The translations under genes were made by a program, and so were the position numbers. The notes below the pieces were generated by a model, which was not told the DNA's origin, ran no database searches, and saw only the letters and a program-made list of their open reading frames with translations. Shown here piece after piece: positions 18,392 to 27,268 of a stretch of 64,000 bases of DNA. Each line of letters opens with the position of its first letter. Position 1 is the stretch's first letter. The DNA is from an uncultured Actinomycetes bacterium (lineage in GTDB: Bacteria; Actinomycetota; Thermoleophilia; Gaiellales; JAICJC01): NCBI GenBank assembly GCA_963720885.1, contig CAVRGW010000006.1:942561-1006560 (forward strand), in the 5' to 3' direction.

Positions 18392-19762
18392 GTGGCGTTC
18401 CGCACGATCATCGAGCCGTTCCGGATCCACTCCGTCGAGCCGCTGCGGCTGACGACGGAGGAGGAGCGCCGGGAGTCGATTCGGCGGGCGGGCCACAACC
18501 TGTTCGCGCTCGACGCCCGCGACGTCCTGATCGACCTGTTGACGGACTCCGGCACGGGTGCGATGTCCCGCGACCAGTGGGCGGCGATCCAGCATGGGGA
18601 CGAGAGCTACGCCGGCTCGCCGTCGTGGCACCGCTTCGCCGAGGCCGTGCGGGAACTGTTCCCGTTCCGTCATATCATCCCCACCCACCAGGGCCGGGCG
18701 GCGGAGAAGATCCTGTTCTCGGCGGTGGGCGGGCCGGGCCTGGCGATCCCCAACAACACGCATTTCGACACGACCCGGGCCAACGTCGAGTTCACCGGCG
18801 CCGAGGCGGTCGACCTGGTCATCGAGGAGGGGCGACGGCCGCAGGAGGAGCACCCCTTCAAGGGCAACATGGATCTGGAGGCGCTCGACCGGTTCCTCGG
18901 CGAGCGGCAGGGCAGCGTCCCGCTCGTGATGGTCACGATCACCAACAACTCGGGCGGCGGGCAGCCGGTCTCGCTCGAGAATCTGCATGGCGTGCGGGCG
19001 GTGTGTGACCGCCACTCGGTGCCGCTCTTCCTGGACGCCTGCCGGTTCGCCGAGAACGCCTGGTTCATCCGCGAGCGGGAGGACGGCCAGGGCGACCGGG
19101 ATGTCGCCGACATCGTGCGGGAGATCGCGGGGTTGGCCGATGGCATGACGATGTCGGCGAAGAAGGATCCGCTGGCGAACATCGGCGGCTGGCTGGCGAT
19201 GCACGACGACGACCTGGCCGAGCGTTGCCGCAACCTGCTCATCCTGACGGAGGGATTCCCCACGTACGGCGGGCTTGCCGGGCGCGACCTGGAGGCGATC
19301 GCCCAGGGCTTGACCGAGGCGGTCGAGCACGACTACCTCCGCTATCGGATCCGTTCGACGGCCTACCTGGGCGACGCCCTGCACCGCGCGGGAATCCCCG
19401 TCGTCCGGCCGATCGGCGGCCACGCCGTGTACCTCGACGCCCGCGCCCTGCTCCCCCACATCCCGCCGCTCGAGTACCCGGGCCAGGCGCTGGCGGTTGC
19501 CCTGTATGAGATGGGCGGCATCCGCGGCTGCGAGATCGGCACGGTGATGTTCGGGCGCCGGCCGGACGGCTCCGAGCAGCCGGCCGCGATGGACCTGGTG
19601 CGCTTGGCGATTCCGCGGCGCACGTACACGCAGAGCCACATCGACTATGCGATCGAGGTGGTGACCGCGGTCGCCGGGCAGGCCGGCCGGCTCCGCGGGA
19701 TGCGGATCGTCTCGCAGCCCTCCGCGCTCCGTCACTTCACCGCCACGTTCGAGCAGGTGTGA
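18392..19762 (+). CDS. tnaA: Tryptophanase-like PLP-dependent beta-eliminating lyase
   Basis: Collinear with E. coli TnaA as I recall it: EPFRIHSVEP, IDLLTDSGTGAM, IPTHQGRAAE, TITNNSGGGQPVS, DACRFAENAWFI, MSAKKD (PLP lysine), GFPTYGGL, LRHFTA. Confidence 0.8.
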   Translation: MAFRTIIEPFRIHSVEPLRLTTEEERRESIRRAGHNLFALDARDVLIDLLTDSGTGAMSRDQWAAIQHGDESYAGSPSWHRFAEAVRELFPFRHIIPTHQGRAAEKILFSAVGGPGLAIPNNTHFDTTRANVEFTGAEAVDLVIEEGRRPQEEHPFKGNMDLEALDRFLGERQGSVPLVMVTITNNSGGGQPVSLENLHGVRAVCDRHSVPLFLDACRFAENAWFIREREDGQGDRDVADIVREIAGLADGMTMSAKKDPLANIGGWLAMHDDDLAERCRNLLILTEGFPTYGGLAGRDLEAIAQGLTEAVEHDYLRYRIRSTAYLGDALHRAGIPVVRPIGGHAVYLDARALLPHIPPLEYPGQALAVALYEMGGIRGCEIGTVMFGRRPDGSEQPAAMDLVRLAIPRRTYTQSHIDYAIEVVTAVAGQAGRLRGMRIVSQPSALRHFTATFEQV

Positions 19763-19769
19763 GCGCTCG

Positions 19770-20444
19770 GTGCTGGCGGCGCTCGCGGTCGTGATCCCGC
19801 TCGGCCTGGGCGGGGCGATCAGCCCGGTCATGCTGACGGAGCAGACAGTGCTCCTCGCCGGCCCGGCCGGTGGTCGGGCAGGGGTGCGCTACGCCGCCGG
19901 CGTGGTCGGCACGACCTTCGTGTTCGTCGTCGCCATCGTGCTGTTCGGACGCGCGATCTCGCTCCCCACCGAGCCGCACCTCGACGCGACGCTCGACCTC
20001 GTCCTCGGCCTCGTGCTGGTCAACCTCGCCCTTCTCGTTCATGTCACGGGACGGCGCCGGGCCGGGCCGCCGAGTCGCACGATCGTTGACGACCAGGGTG
20101 CGACCGGTTCGCGCCAGGGTGGGGCTGCGTTGGCGTTCGGCGTGTTCGCGATGGCCACGAACGTCACGACGCTGGCCCTGATCGCACCGGCCGCCAAGGA
20201 GATCTCGGCAGCCGACGTCGAGATCGCCGTTGAAGCCGTGCTCGTGCTCGTGCTCGTCGGCCTGGTTTCCATGCCCGCCTGGGTGCCGCTCGCGCTGACC
20301 AGGGTCGCCCCCGGTCCCAGCCAGCGCGGGCTCGCTGCGGTGCGCGATCAGATCCTTCGCCGCGGTCGCGGCTTCAGTGTCGGGCTGCTCAGCGCCGGCG
20401 GGCTGTTCTTCATCGGGCGCGGACTGATACGGCTGATCGGATGA
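19770..20444 (+). CDS. GAP/Sap-like integral membrane protein
   Basis: Six hydrophobic segments. The N-terminus LAALAVVIPLGLGGAISPVMLTEQTVLL resembles the GAP (sulfolipid-1-addressing protein-like) family. It starts 8 nt after the tnaA-like stop. Confidence 0.6.
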   Translation: MLAALAVVIPLGLGGAISPVMLTEQTVLLAGPAGGRAGVRYAAGVVGTTFVFVVAIVLFGRAISLPTEPHLDATLDLVLGLVLVNLALLVHVTGRRRAGPPSRTIVDDQGATGSRQGGAALAFGVFAMATNVTTLALIAPAAKEISAADVEIAVEAVLVLVLVGLVSMPAWVPLALTRVAPGPSQRGLAAVRDQILRRGRGFSVGLLSAGGLFFIGRGLIRLIG

Positions 20445-20623
20445 TGGTGCCAGGTATCCTGCCGGGGATGAACGATCGCCACGACGATGATCACCGGTCG
20501 CGGAGCAGGGGGCTCGACGATTCGGTGCGGGATCTGAGCAACGTCGCGGCGCAGCTCCTCGGTGCGCTCGTCGACCTGCTCGATGATGCTCGCCGCGCCC
20601 TGCAGGGCAGGCGCGCGGACTAG
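20441..20623 (+). CDS. Possible 60-aa protein coupled by ATGA overlap to the preceding membrane protein
   Basis: ORF 20441..20623. High third-position GC by eye. An acidic/His-rich stretch is followed by a helix (AAQLLGALVDLLDDARRAL). No homology recognised. Confidence 0.3.
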   Translation: MMVPGILPGMNDRHDDDHRSRSRGLDDSVRDLSNVAAQLLGALVDLLDDARRALQGRRAD

Positions 20624-21612
20624 CAGCGCCGTTGCGGCGCGGCGACGCCGGTCTCCGCGAACACCGCTTGCAGCTCTGCCCAGGTCGTCGGGTCGACCGG
20701 GATGCCGGTCGCCCGAGCCCGCGCCAGCGCCCCCGGCTCGCCCGGTGCGAGCACGGGCTCGCCGCCCGCGGGCGGCGAGGACTTGACCCATGCGATGAGT
20801 TCGTCGACGGACGCCGCGAAGCCGTCGGAGAACCGTCCCGGATCGATCGCGATCAGACAGATGCCCTGGTGATCGTCGCCGGGGTGCGGGCCGCTCCAGC
20901 CGGCGCCGCTGAGGATCCCGGCGAGCACGTCGACCACCAGCCCCAGGCCGTAGCCCTTGTGCCCGGCCAGCGGCCGAAGCAGGTCGGCCGCGGAGTCGCC
21001 GTCGCCCGCCCAGCGTGCTTCGAGTCGAGCGGTGCCGTGCGACGTCTCGCTGGTCGCCATGTCGAACACGAGGTGCGGCGGCCGCGATCGGGGAATGCCG
21101 AACGCGATCGGGTTCGTCGCCAGCCGGCCGTCGGATCCGCCGTGCGGCGCCACCACCTGGTTCGCCCCGGAGTCGTTCGTCATCACGATGCCGATCCGCT
21201 CGTTGGCAGCGAGCCGTGCGGCAGCGTCCGCCAGCCGCCCGATGTGCGAGCTCCGACGCACCGTGGCGACGCACACCCCGTGGCTGCCGGATCGCTCCAC
21301 GGCGGCGTCGACCGCAAATCGCGCCGCCACCTGGCCGAACGAGCGACGGCCGTCGATCGCGATCGTCGTTCCGTCATCCCGGTGGATGACCGGCCTGGCT
21401 CGCGGATCCACCTGCCCCGATCGGCACGCCCGGTGATACTCCGTCAGCCGGTAGATCCCGTGCGAAGGATGGCCCGAAAGGTCGGCGTCCACCAGATGCT
21501 CGGCGACCGCCGCCGCGGCATCCGGATCGGCCCCGTCCGCGACCAGCGAGGCGACGACCGCAACGTATGCGGAGTCCGGATCGAGAACTACGCCGGTGGT
21601 GGGATCGGGCAT
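20620..21612 (-). CDS. Ldh_2 family (malate/L-lactate/ureidoglycolate-type) dehydrogenase
   Basis: HLVDADLSGHPSHGIYRLTEY and overall length fit the Ldh_2 family. Confidence 0.8.
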   Translation of the reverse strand: MPDPTTGVVLDPDSAYVAVVASLVADGADPDAAAAVAEHLVDADLSGHPSHGIYRLTEYHRACRSGQVDPRARPVIHRDDGTTIAIDGRRSFGQVAARFAVDAAVERSGSHGVCVATVRRSSHIGRLADAAARLAANERIGIVMTNDSGANQVVAPHGGSDGRLATNPIAFGIPRSRPPHLVFDMATSETSHGTARLEARWAGDGDSAADLLRPLAGHKGYGLGLVVDVLAGILSGAGWSGPHPGDDHQGICLIAIDPGRFSDGFAASVDELIAWVKSSPPAGGEPVLAPGEPGALARARATGIPVDPTTWAELQAVFAETGVAAPQRRC

Positions 21613-21647
21613 CGTCGGCGGTCAAGCTACCGAATCGACCCGGGCCG

Positions 21648-22976
21648 CTATCCCATGATCGTCTGGCCGAGGAGGAAGATGTTCAGCGAGACGATGACCG
21701 CGGCGACCGCGACGGCCGCGGCGGTGGTCGCCGGGCGGTTCGTCAGTTCCCCCATCAGGCGGCGGTTGCGGCAGAAGATGACGAGCGGGATCAGCGCGAA
21801 GGGGATGCCGAACGACAGGGCGACCTGGCTCAGCACCAGAACCTTCGACGGGTCGACGCCGACCGCCAGCACGAGCAGCGCGGGTGCCATCGTCACGGCG
21901 CGGCGGACGAACAGCGGGATCTGCCGGCGGATGAACCCCTGCATCACGACCTGCCCGGCGAGCGTCCCGACGGACGACGAGGACAGCCCGGACGCGAGCA
22001 GCGCGATCGCGAACATCGTCTGCGCGTGCCCGCCGACGATGGTGCCGAGCGCGGTGTAGGCCTTGTCGATGCTGTCGACCCCCGTCAGGCCGTTGGCGTG
22101 GAAGACGCCGGCTGCCATGATCAGCATCGCCATGTTGACGAGTCCGGCGATTGTCATGGCGATCACCACGTCGACGCGCTCGAACCGGAAGATCCGCCGG
22201 CGCTGCTCATCCGTTCGGCCGACAACGCGCCGCTGCGTCAGCGCAGAGTGCAGGTAGATGACGTGGGGCATCACGGTCGCGCCGAGGATGCCGGATGCCA
22301 GCAGGACGCTCTCCGTGCCGGAGAAGCTGGGCACCAGCAGGCCGTGAGCGATGCCCGACGGTGAGGGGTCGGCATGGAACATCTGGAAGGCAAAGCCGAC
22401 GACGATCACGCCGACCAGGCAGACGATGGCGGCCTCCATGTGACGGAACCCGCCTCTGGTCTGGAGCGCCAGCAGCGCGAATGCGAATACGCCGGTGATC
22501 ACGCCGGCCGGGAGCAGCGGCACGCCGAACAGGAGGTTGAGGCCGATCGCGGCTCCCAGGAACTCGGCCAGGTCCGTCGCCATCGCGATCAGCTCGGCCT
22601 GCAGCCACAGAGCGACCGTCACCGGATTCGGGAACTGGTCGCGACAGACCTCGGCGAGGTTCATGCCGGTGGCGATCCCGAGCTTCGCGCTGAAGGTCTG
22701 GATCAGCATCGCCATCAGGTTCGCGGCGAGGATCACCCACAGCAGCATGTAGCCGTACTTGGCGCCGGCAGCGATGTTCGTCGCGAAGTTGCCGGGGTCG
22801 ACGTAGGCGACGGCGGCGATGAACGCCGGGCCGAGGAACGGCCACACCGCCCGGATGCCCCGCCGCTCGCCCGTCAGCGAACGCTCGGCTGCATCCGCGA
22901 CTCGGGCCTCTCCGGGAAGCGCTGCGCCGACGGCGTCGTCAACCGTCAGCGTCGCCCTGGCCGGCGGCGGCGTCAA
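21648..22976 (-). CDS. mntH: NRAMP-family divalent metal (Mn2+/Fe2+) transporter
   Basis: LGPAFIAAVAYVDPGNFATNIAAGAKYGYMLLWV contains the DPGN signature. About 11 TM segments. The TTG start overlaps the upstream stop (22973-22976), so the start is uncertain. Confidence 0.9.
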   Translation of the reverse strand: MTPPPARATLTVDDAVGAALPGEARVADAAERSLTGERRGIRAVWPFLGPAFIAAVAYVDPGNFATNIAAGAKYGYMLLWVILAANLMAMLIQTFSAKLGIATGMNLAEVCRDQFPNPVTVALWLQAELIAMATDLAEFLGAAIGLNLLFGVPLLPAGVITGVFAFALLALQTRGGFRHMEAAIVCLVGVIVVGFAFQMFHADPSPSGIAHGLLVPSFSGTESVLLASGILGATVMPHVIYLHSALTQRRVVGRTDEQRRRIFRFERVDVVIAMTIAGLVNMAMLIMAAGVFHANGLTGVDSIDKAYTALGTIVGGHAQTMFAIALLASGLSSSSVGTLAGQVVMQGFIRRQIPLFVRRAVTMAPALLVLAVGVDPSKVLVLSQVALSFGIPFALIPLVIFCRNRRLMGELTNRPATTAAAVAVAAVIVSLNIFLLGQTIMG

Positions 22977-23626
22977 GAGGCCATGACCTCGATCCGCGAC
23001 GCGACCGATCGCCCGATGCTATGCGTCGTGCCGTCGATCTCCAATGTCACTGGACCCTCGAACGGCGCCTGCTCGATCATCACCACCGGGCATTCCGGCA
23101 CCAGCCCGAGATCGGCCAGGTAGCGGAGCAGCTCGGGGTCGCTGTCGGGCACGCGCCGGATAACCGCCTCGTCCCCCGCTGCGACGTCGACGAGCGTGCG
23201 GCGCTCACCGGTCTCGAGCACGAGCTCGGCGGTCGGGATCGGATCGCCGTGCGGGTCGCGCGTCGGGTATCCCAGCGCGGCATCGATTCGCGCCTCGACT
23301 TCGTCCGAGAGGTAGTGCTCGAGCCGCTCGGCCTCCGCATGCACCTGATCCCAGCTGAGACCCAGAGCCTCCTTCAGGTAGAGCTCGAGCAGGCGGTGAT
23401 GGCGGATCACCTCGAGCGCGACTCGCTCGCCCGCCGGCGTCAGTCGCGCCCCGTGGTACGGCTCATGCTGCACCAATCCGAGGCGGTCGAGCTTCTTCAG
23501 CATCGCTGTCGCCGAGGCGGGCGAGACGCCCAGCTCGCCGGCGAGCGCCGAGGTGGTCGCCTCGCCGTGAGCGGCCTGGAGCTTCCAGATCGCTTTCAGA
23601 TAGTCCTGTGCGGATTCACTGACCAT
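22973..23626 (-). CDS. DtxR/IdeR/MntR-family metal-dependent repressor with FeoA/SH3-like C-terminal domain
   Basis: SAQDYLKAIWKLQ...TTSALAGELGVSPASATAMLKKLDRLGLV...HHRLLELYL...HAEAERLEH. The position directly upstream of mntH suggests MntR-like function. Confidence 0.88.
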   Translation of the reverse strand: MVSESAQDYLKAIWKLQAAHGEATTSALAGELGVSPASATAMLKKLDRLGLVQHEPYHGARLTPAGERVALEVIRHHRLLELYLKEALGLSWDQVHAEAERLEHYLSDEVEARIDAALGYPTRDPHGDPIPTAELVLETGERRTLVDVAAGDEAVIRRVPDSDPELLRYLADLGLVPECPVVMIEQAPFEGPVTLEIDGTTHSIGRSVASRIEVMAS

Positions 23627-23665
23627 GTTTCAGCCACGCCTCACTTCGGATGCGAACACCAGGAT

Positions 23666-24874
23666 CTATGCAACGAGCAACCCCGTCGCGTACATCGCCA
23701 CGATGCCGGTCAGGTAGCCGCCGAGGGCGTAGCCCGACGTCAGGCCGCCAGGTGCCCGGCGAACGACGAACCGCCCGACCTCGACCACCACCTGGAGTGC
23801 CGCACCGGCGGCGATCGCGAAGAACAGGACGGCCAGCAGGTCGTTCGTCAGAAACCCGCCGATCCAGGCGCCGAGAATGGCCGGCGCACCTGCGATCAGG
23901 GCCAGCGCCACCAGTCGGCCAACACCGGTGCGCGCGCCGTCCTCCGCCATGGGCGCGGCGATGCCGAGGCCCTCGGTGACGTTGTGCACCATGAACCCCA
24001 CGATCAGGAACGTGCCGAGGGCCAGCTCGCCGAGGGCCAGCGACGATCCCACCGCCAGCCCCTCACCGAGGTTGTGCAGGCCGATGCCGATCGCGACCAG
24101 CGTGGCCAGCCCGACGCCGGTCAGCGGCTTCACGCGGCCGCCCTCCCGGCCGGACAGGCGGAGGGCGACGAAGGTCAGTCCCAGGTAGCTCAGAGCGACG
24201 CCGAGCAACACGAGCCCGGTGCCGCCGATCGCGCCGGGCAACGCGGCCTGCAGCTGGAGCGCTTCGCTCAGCGCATCGAACATCAGGAACGTCAGCAATC
24301 CGGCCGTGAGGGCCATGAACGCCGCCAGCCAGTGCGGTGGCGCGCGCCGCAGCGACGGCAGCCAGGCGAGGCCGAGTGCCACCGGCACGACGCCGACGAG
24401 CACGCCGATCACCGCCAGCCCGGCGGCCCCATGCAGCGACGGCTGCTCGGTCTCCACCGCGGCGGGGACATCGTGGGTCGTGACGATCCCGCTCGAGGAG
24501 ATCAGCCCGATCTTGACCGGGTCGTTCTCGACCCACGGGAACGGGACGTGGACGGTCGCCGAGCGGAGCCGCTCGAGCGTCGCCGACCCGGAGTCGCCGT
24601 CCGCGGTGAACGGCACGATCGCGTCGTCGATCGTGACCTGGGCGAGCGTCAGGTCCTCCCTCTGCGGATTCGTCACGTGGATCGTGATCTCACCCGGCGA
24701 GAACTCGACCTTGCGCACGCTGAACTCATCCGCAGGCGGCGGCGCGTGGCCGATCAGGCCGACGATCGAGTTTCCCGACGACAGCGTGCCGAACACGATC
24801 GCGATCAGCACGATCACCGGCACGACCGCCCACAGCCTCCACCGCAGATCCGCCTGCCGCCTGACCTCGGTCAT
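23666..24874 (-). CDS. ZIP-family metal transporter with N-terminal TM helix and roughly 140-aa extracytoplasmic domain
   Basis: ATG 24874 shares ATGA with the oxidase stop. ZIP signatures GLHNLGEGLAVG and FMVHNVTEGLGIA. It is part of the longer ORF 23666..25570. Confidence 0.85.
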   Translation of the reverse strand: MTEVRRQADLRWRLWAVVPVIVLIAIVFGTLSSGNSIVGLIGHAPPPADEFSVRKVEFSPGEITIHVTNPQREDLTLAQVTIDDAIVPFTADGDSGSATLERLRSATVHVPFPWVENDPVKIGLISSSGIVTTHDVPAAVETEQPSLHGAAGLAVIGVLVGVVPVALGLAWLPSLRRAPPHWLAAFMALTAGLLTFLMFDALSEALQLQAALPGAIGGTGLVLLGVALSYLGLTFVALRLSGREGGRVKPLTGVGLATLVAIGIGLHNLGEGLAVGSSLALGELALGTFLIVGFMVHNVTEGLGIAAPMAEDGARTGVGRLVALALIAGAPAILGAWIGGFLTNDLLAVLFFAIAAGAALQVVVEVGRFVVRRAPGGLTSGYALGGYLTGIVAMYATGLLVA

Positions 24875-25890
24875 CGATCGACCACGTCGAAGAAGCCCAT
24901 CCAGCCCAGCTCGGTGAACTCGGAGACGTGCGCGTGGAACATGAAGTGGCCGGTGTTGTGGAAGTCGATCTCGACGATCCCGCGCTGGCCCTGGCCGAGC
25001 ATGACGGTGTCGGTGTACTCGAACTGGTCGGTGGTGCCGGTCGGGTAGTACCGGAAGAACTCGCCGTGCAGGTGAAACGAGTTCATCAGGTCGAACTCGG
25101 TCAGGTTGGCGAGGTAGATCCGCACCGTCTGGTCGCGGCGGACGCGGATCGGGTGTCGCGCGTAGTAGAACGCCCTGCCGTTGACCGTGTAGAACTCGTT
25201 CTCGGCGTCGCCGTTCGTGTCGAAGCCGTTCATCACCATGACCATCTCCTGCGCCGGGGAGCGCGGCGTCTTGGGATCGATGATCAGCGCGCCGTAGAGG
25301 CCCTTCTCGATGTGCTTCTTGAGCGGCGTCGCGTGGCAGTGGTACAGATGCATCCCGGCCGGCCGGGCCGGGAACTCGTAGACGAACCGGCCGCCCGGTT
25401 CGACGATCTCGAACACCCCGTCCATGTCGGCCGGGTGGATGCCGTGGAAATGGATCGTGTGGGGGTGGCTGCTGCCGTTCGTGAAGTTCACCCGCAGCGT
25501 CTGACCCTCGGTCACGCGGATCGTCGGGCCCGGCACGGTTGCAGGCCCGTCCCTGAGCCCGTAGGCCCATGCCGGGAAGAAGACGCCCTTGGCAACCTCG
25601 ACCTCCTGCTCGGTCGCGACCACGTCGTAGGTGCGAACCGCCCCCGGTTCGTAGCCCGCCGGGGGCGTCAGCACGTGATCCGGCCCGTCCGGCGCAGGCA
25701 CCGCGTCGCCCATCATCGACGCGTGCAGGGACGCCGAATGGTGCTCCGCCATCTGGCCGTCCATCCCCGCCATGCGGTTGGTGCCGGGGCTGGAATCGGC
25801 GAGCGCCGCGTTCGCCAGGGGCGCCAGTCCGACGACCACCGGCACTGCGCCGACGACCGCCTGCCTCCTGGTCATGCGCGGCCTATCCAT
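24871..25890 (-). CDS. TAT-exported two-domain multicopper oxidase (single Cys in domain 1)
   Basis: MTRRQAVVGA twin-arginine leader. Met/His-rich stretch. Copper motifs HTIHFHG, LYHCHATPLKKH, FHLHG and FHAHV. Confidence 0.85.
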   Translation of the reverse strand: MDRPRMTRRQAVVGAVPVVVGLAPLANAALADSSPGTNRMAGMDGQMAEHHSASLHASMMGDAVPAPDGPDHVLTPPAGYEPGAVRTYDVVATEQEVEVAKGVFFPAWAYGLRDGPATVPGPTIRVTEGQTLRVNFTNGSSHPHTIHFHGIHPADMDGVFEIVEPGGRFVYEFPARPAGMHLYHCHATPLKKHIEKGLYGALIIDPKTPRSPAQEMVMVMNGFDTNGDAENEFYTVNGRAFYYARHPIRVRRDQTVRIYLANLTEFDLMNSFHLHGEFFRYYPTGTTDQFEYTDTVMLGQGQRGIVEIDFHNTGHFMFHAHVSEFTELGWMGFFDVVDR

Positions 25891-26038
25891 TGGTGTTGAG
25901 TCCAGTCTTCGTTGACATTCCGCACATGTGTGAAACGAAGTTTAGTCTATTCAAACTTCCGGTTCAAGGAGGACTCGGCTCGGGGACGCGCCGGCCCCGG
26001 CGTTTGGACCGGTCGCGCCGCGGGGTAGGAGATCGGCG
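25891..26038. promoter_or_regulatory. Divergent intergenic control region with AT-rich core and palindromes
   Basis: TTGACA at 25912-25917. CACATGTG at 25923-25930. AAGTTT-N9-AAACTT at 25938-25958. TAGTCT at 25943-25948. It lies between the oxidase operon (-) and the ABC operon (+). Confidence 0.4.
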
Positions 26039-27268
26039 ATGTCCGGCGTGACGTTCGCAGATGTGTCGAAGGTCTACCCTGACGGCACAGAGGCGGTCTC
26101 GGGCCTCGACTTGGACGTGCGCGACGGGGAGTTCATGGTGCTCGTCGGTCCGTCCGGGTGCGGCAAGACCACCGCCCTGCGGATGGTTGCCGGCCTCGAG
26201 GAGATCAGCGTCGGCGAGCTGCGGATCGGCGACCAGGTCGTGAATCACGTGGCCCCGCGCGATCGCGACATCGCGATGGTCTTCCAGAGCTATGCGCTCT
26301 ACCCGCACCTCTCCGTCTACGAGAACATCGCGTTCTCGCTGCGGATGCGGGGCGCCCCGAAGAGCGAGATCGACCGCCGGGTGCGCGAGACGGCGCAGAC
26401 GCTGGGCCTCGAGGAGCTGCTCAGCCGCAAGCCCCGCGCGCTCTCCGGCGGCCAGCGCCAGCGGGTGGCGATGGGTAGGGCGATCGTGCGCGAGCCAGCC
26501 GCCTTCCTGATGGACGAGCCGCTCTCGAACCTCGACGCCAAGCTCCGCGTCCAGACGCGGGCGGAGATCAGCGCGCTCCAGGACCGGCTGGGCACGACCA
26601 CGATCTACGTCACCCACGACCAGGTCGAGGCGATGACCATGGGGGATCGGGTTGCCGTGATGCGCAAGGGGCGGCTGCAGCAGGTGGACGACCCGCAGAC
26701 GCTGTACGACCGGCCGGTCAACGTGTTCGTCGGAGGGTTCATCGGCAGCCCCGCCATGAACATGCTCGAGGTGACGCTGCGGGAGGCGCCGGATGGACTC
26801 ATCGCCGAGCTTGGTGACGACCGGATCGATGTCGGCCGGGAGACGCTGGAGGCCCGGCCTGGGTTGCGCTCCTACGTCGGGCGGCCGGTGATCATGGGCA
26901 TCCGGCCGGAGGACATGGAGGATGCTGCGCTGGCACCCGACGCCCCGGCGGGCGATCGGCTGCGAGGCGTCATGCGGCTGCGCGAGTCACTCGGGTCGCT
27001 GGTCATGGCGCACATCACCATCGCCGCGAAGCCGGCGGCGACCGACGTCAGTCTCGAGCTCGCGGCCGACGCCGGTGCCCAGGACGGCAGCAGCCTGCTG
27101 GGCGGCGACGGCATGTTGATCACGGCCGCGTTCGGCGCGCGGTCGCAGGTCAAGGAGGGAGACCAGGTCGAGGCCGTCGTCGACACGCGCAATCTGCATT
27201 TCTTCGACCCGAACTCCGGGCTCGGCATCTACGAGCAGACGACCAACGGATCAGGAGGCACACAATGA
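26039..27268 (+). CDS. Sugar ABC transporter ATP-binding protein (MalK/MsiK/UgpC-like)
   Basis: Walker [24 protein letters not shown] signature. TOBE-like C-terminal domain. AGGAG lies 7 nt upstream. Confidence 0.92.
   Translation: MSGVTFADVSKVYPDGTEAVSGLDLDVRDGEFMVLVGPSGCGKTTALRMVAGLEEISVGELRIGDQVVNHVAPRDRDIAMVFQSYALYPHLSVYENIAFSLRMRGAPKSEIDRRVRETAQTLGLEELLSRKPRALSGGQRQRVAMGRAIVREPAAFLMDEPLSNLDAKLRVQTRAEISALQDRLGTTTIYVTHDQVEAMTMGDRVAVMRKGRLQQVDDPQTLYDRPVNVFVGGFIGSPAMNMLEVTLREAPDGLIAELGDDRIDVGRETLEARPGLRSYVGRPVIMGIRPEDMEDAALAPDAPAGDRLRGVMRLRESLGSLVMAHITIAAKPAATDVSLELAADAGAQDGSSLLGGDGMLITAAFGARSQVKEGDQVEAVVDTRNLHFFDPNSGLGIYEQTTNGSGGTQ

Noticed and set aside
23021-25048. 675-aa plus-strand ORF spanning the repressor, ZIP and oxidase genes.
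   Set aside because: It crosses three well-supported minus-strand genes. Its composition is Arg/Gln/Asp/Glu-rich without motifs. The same reasoning rejects 18308..19831(-), 20632..22059(+), 28359..29981(-), 35781..36893(-), 45394..46794(+), 60818..62305(-) and 63063..63923(+).
25966-25973. Strong Shine-Dalgarno-like AAGGAGGA.
   Set aside because: No ATG, GTG or TTG lies within 5-12 nt downstream on the plus strand. The real ABC ATPase start (26039) has its own AGGAG.
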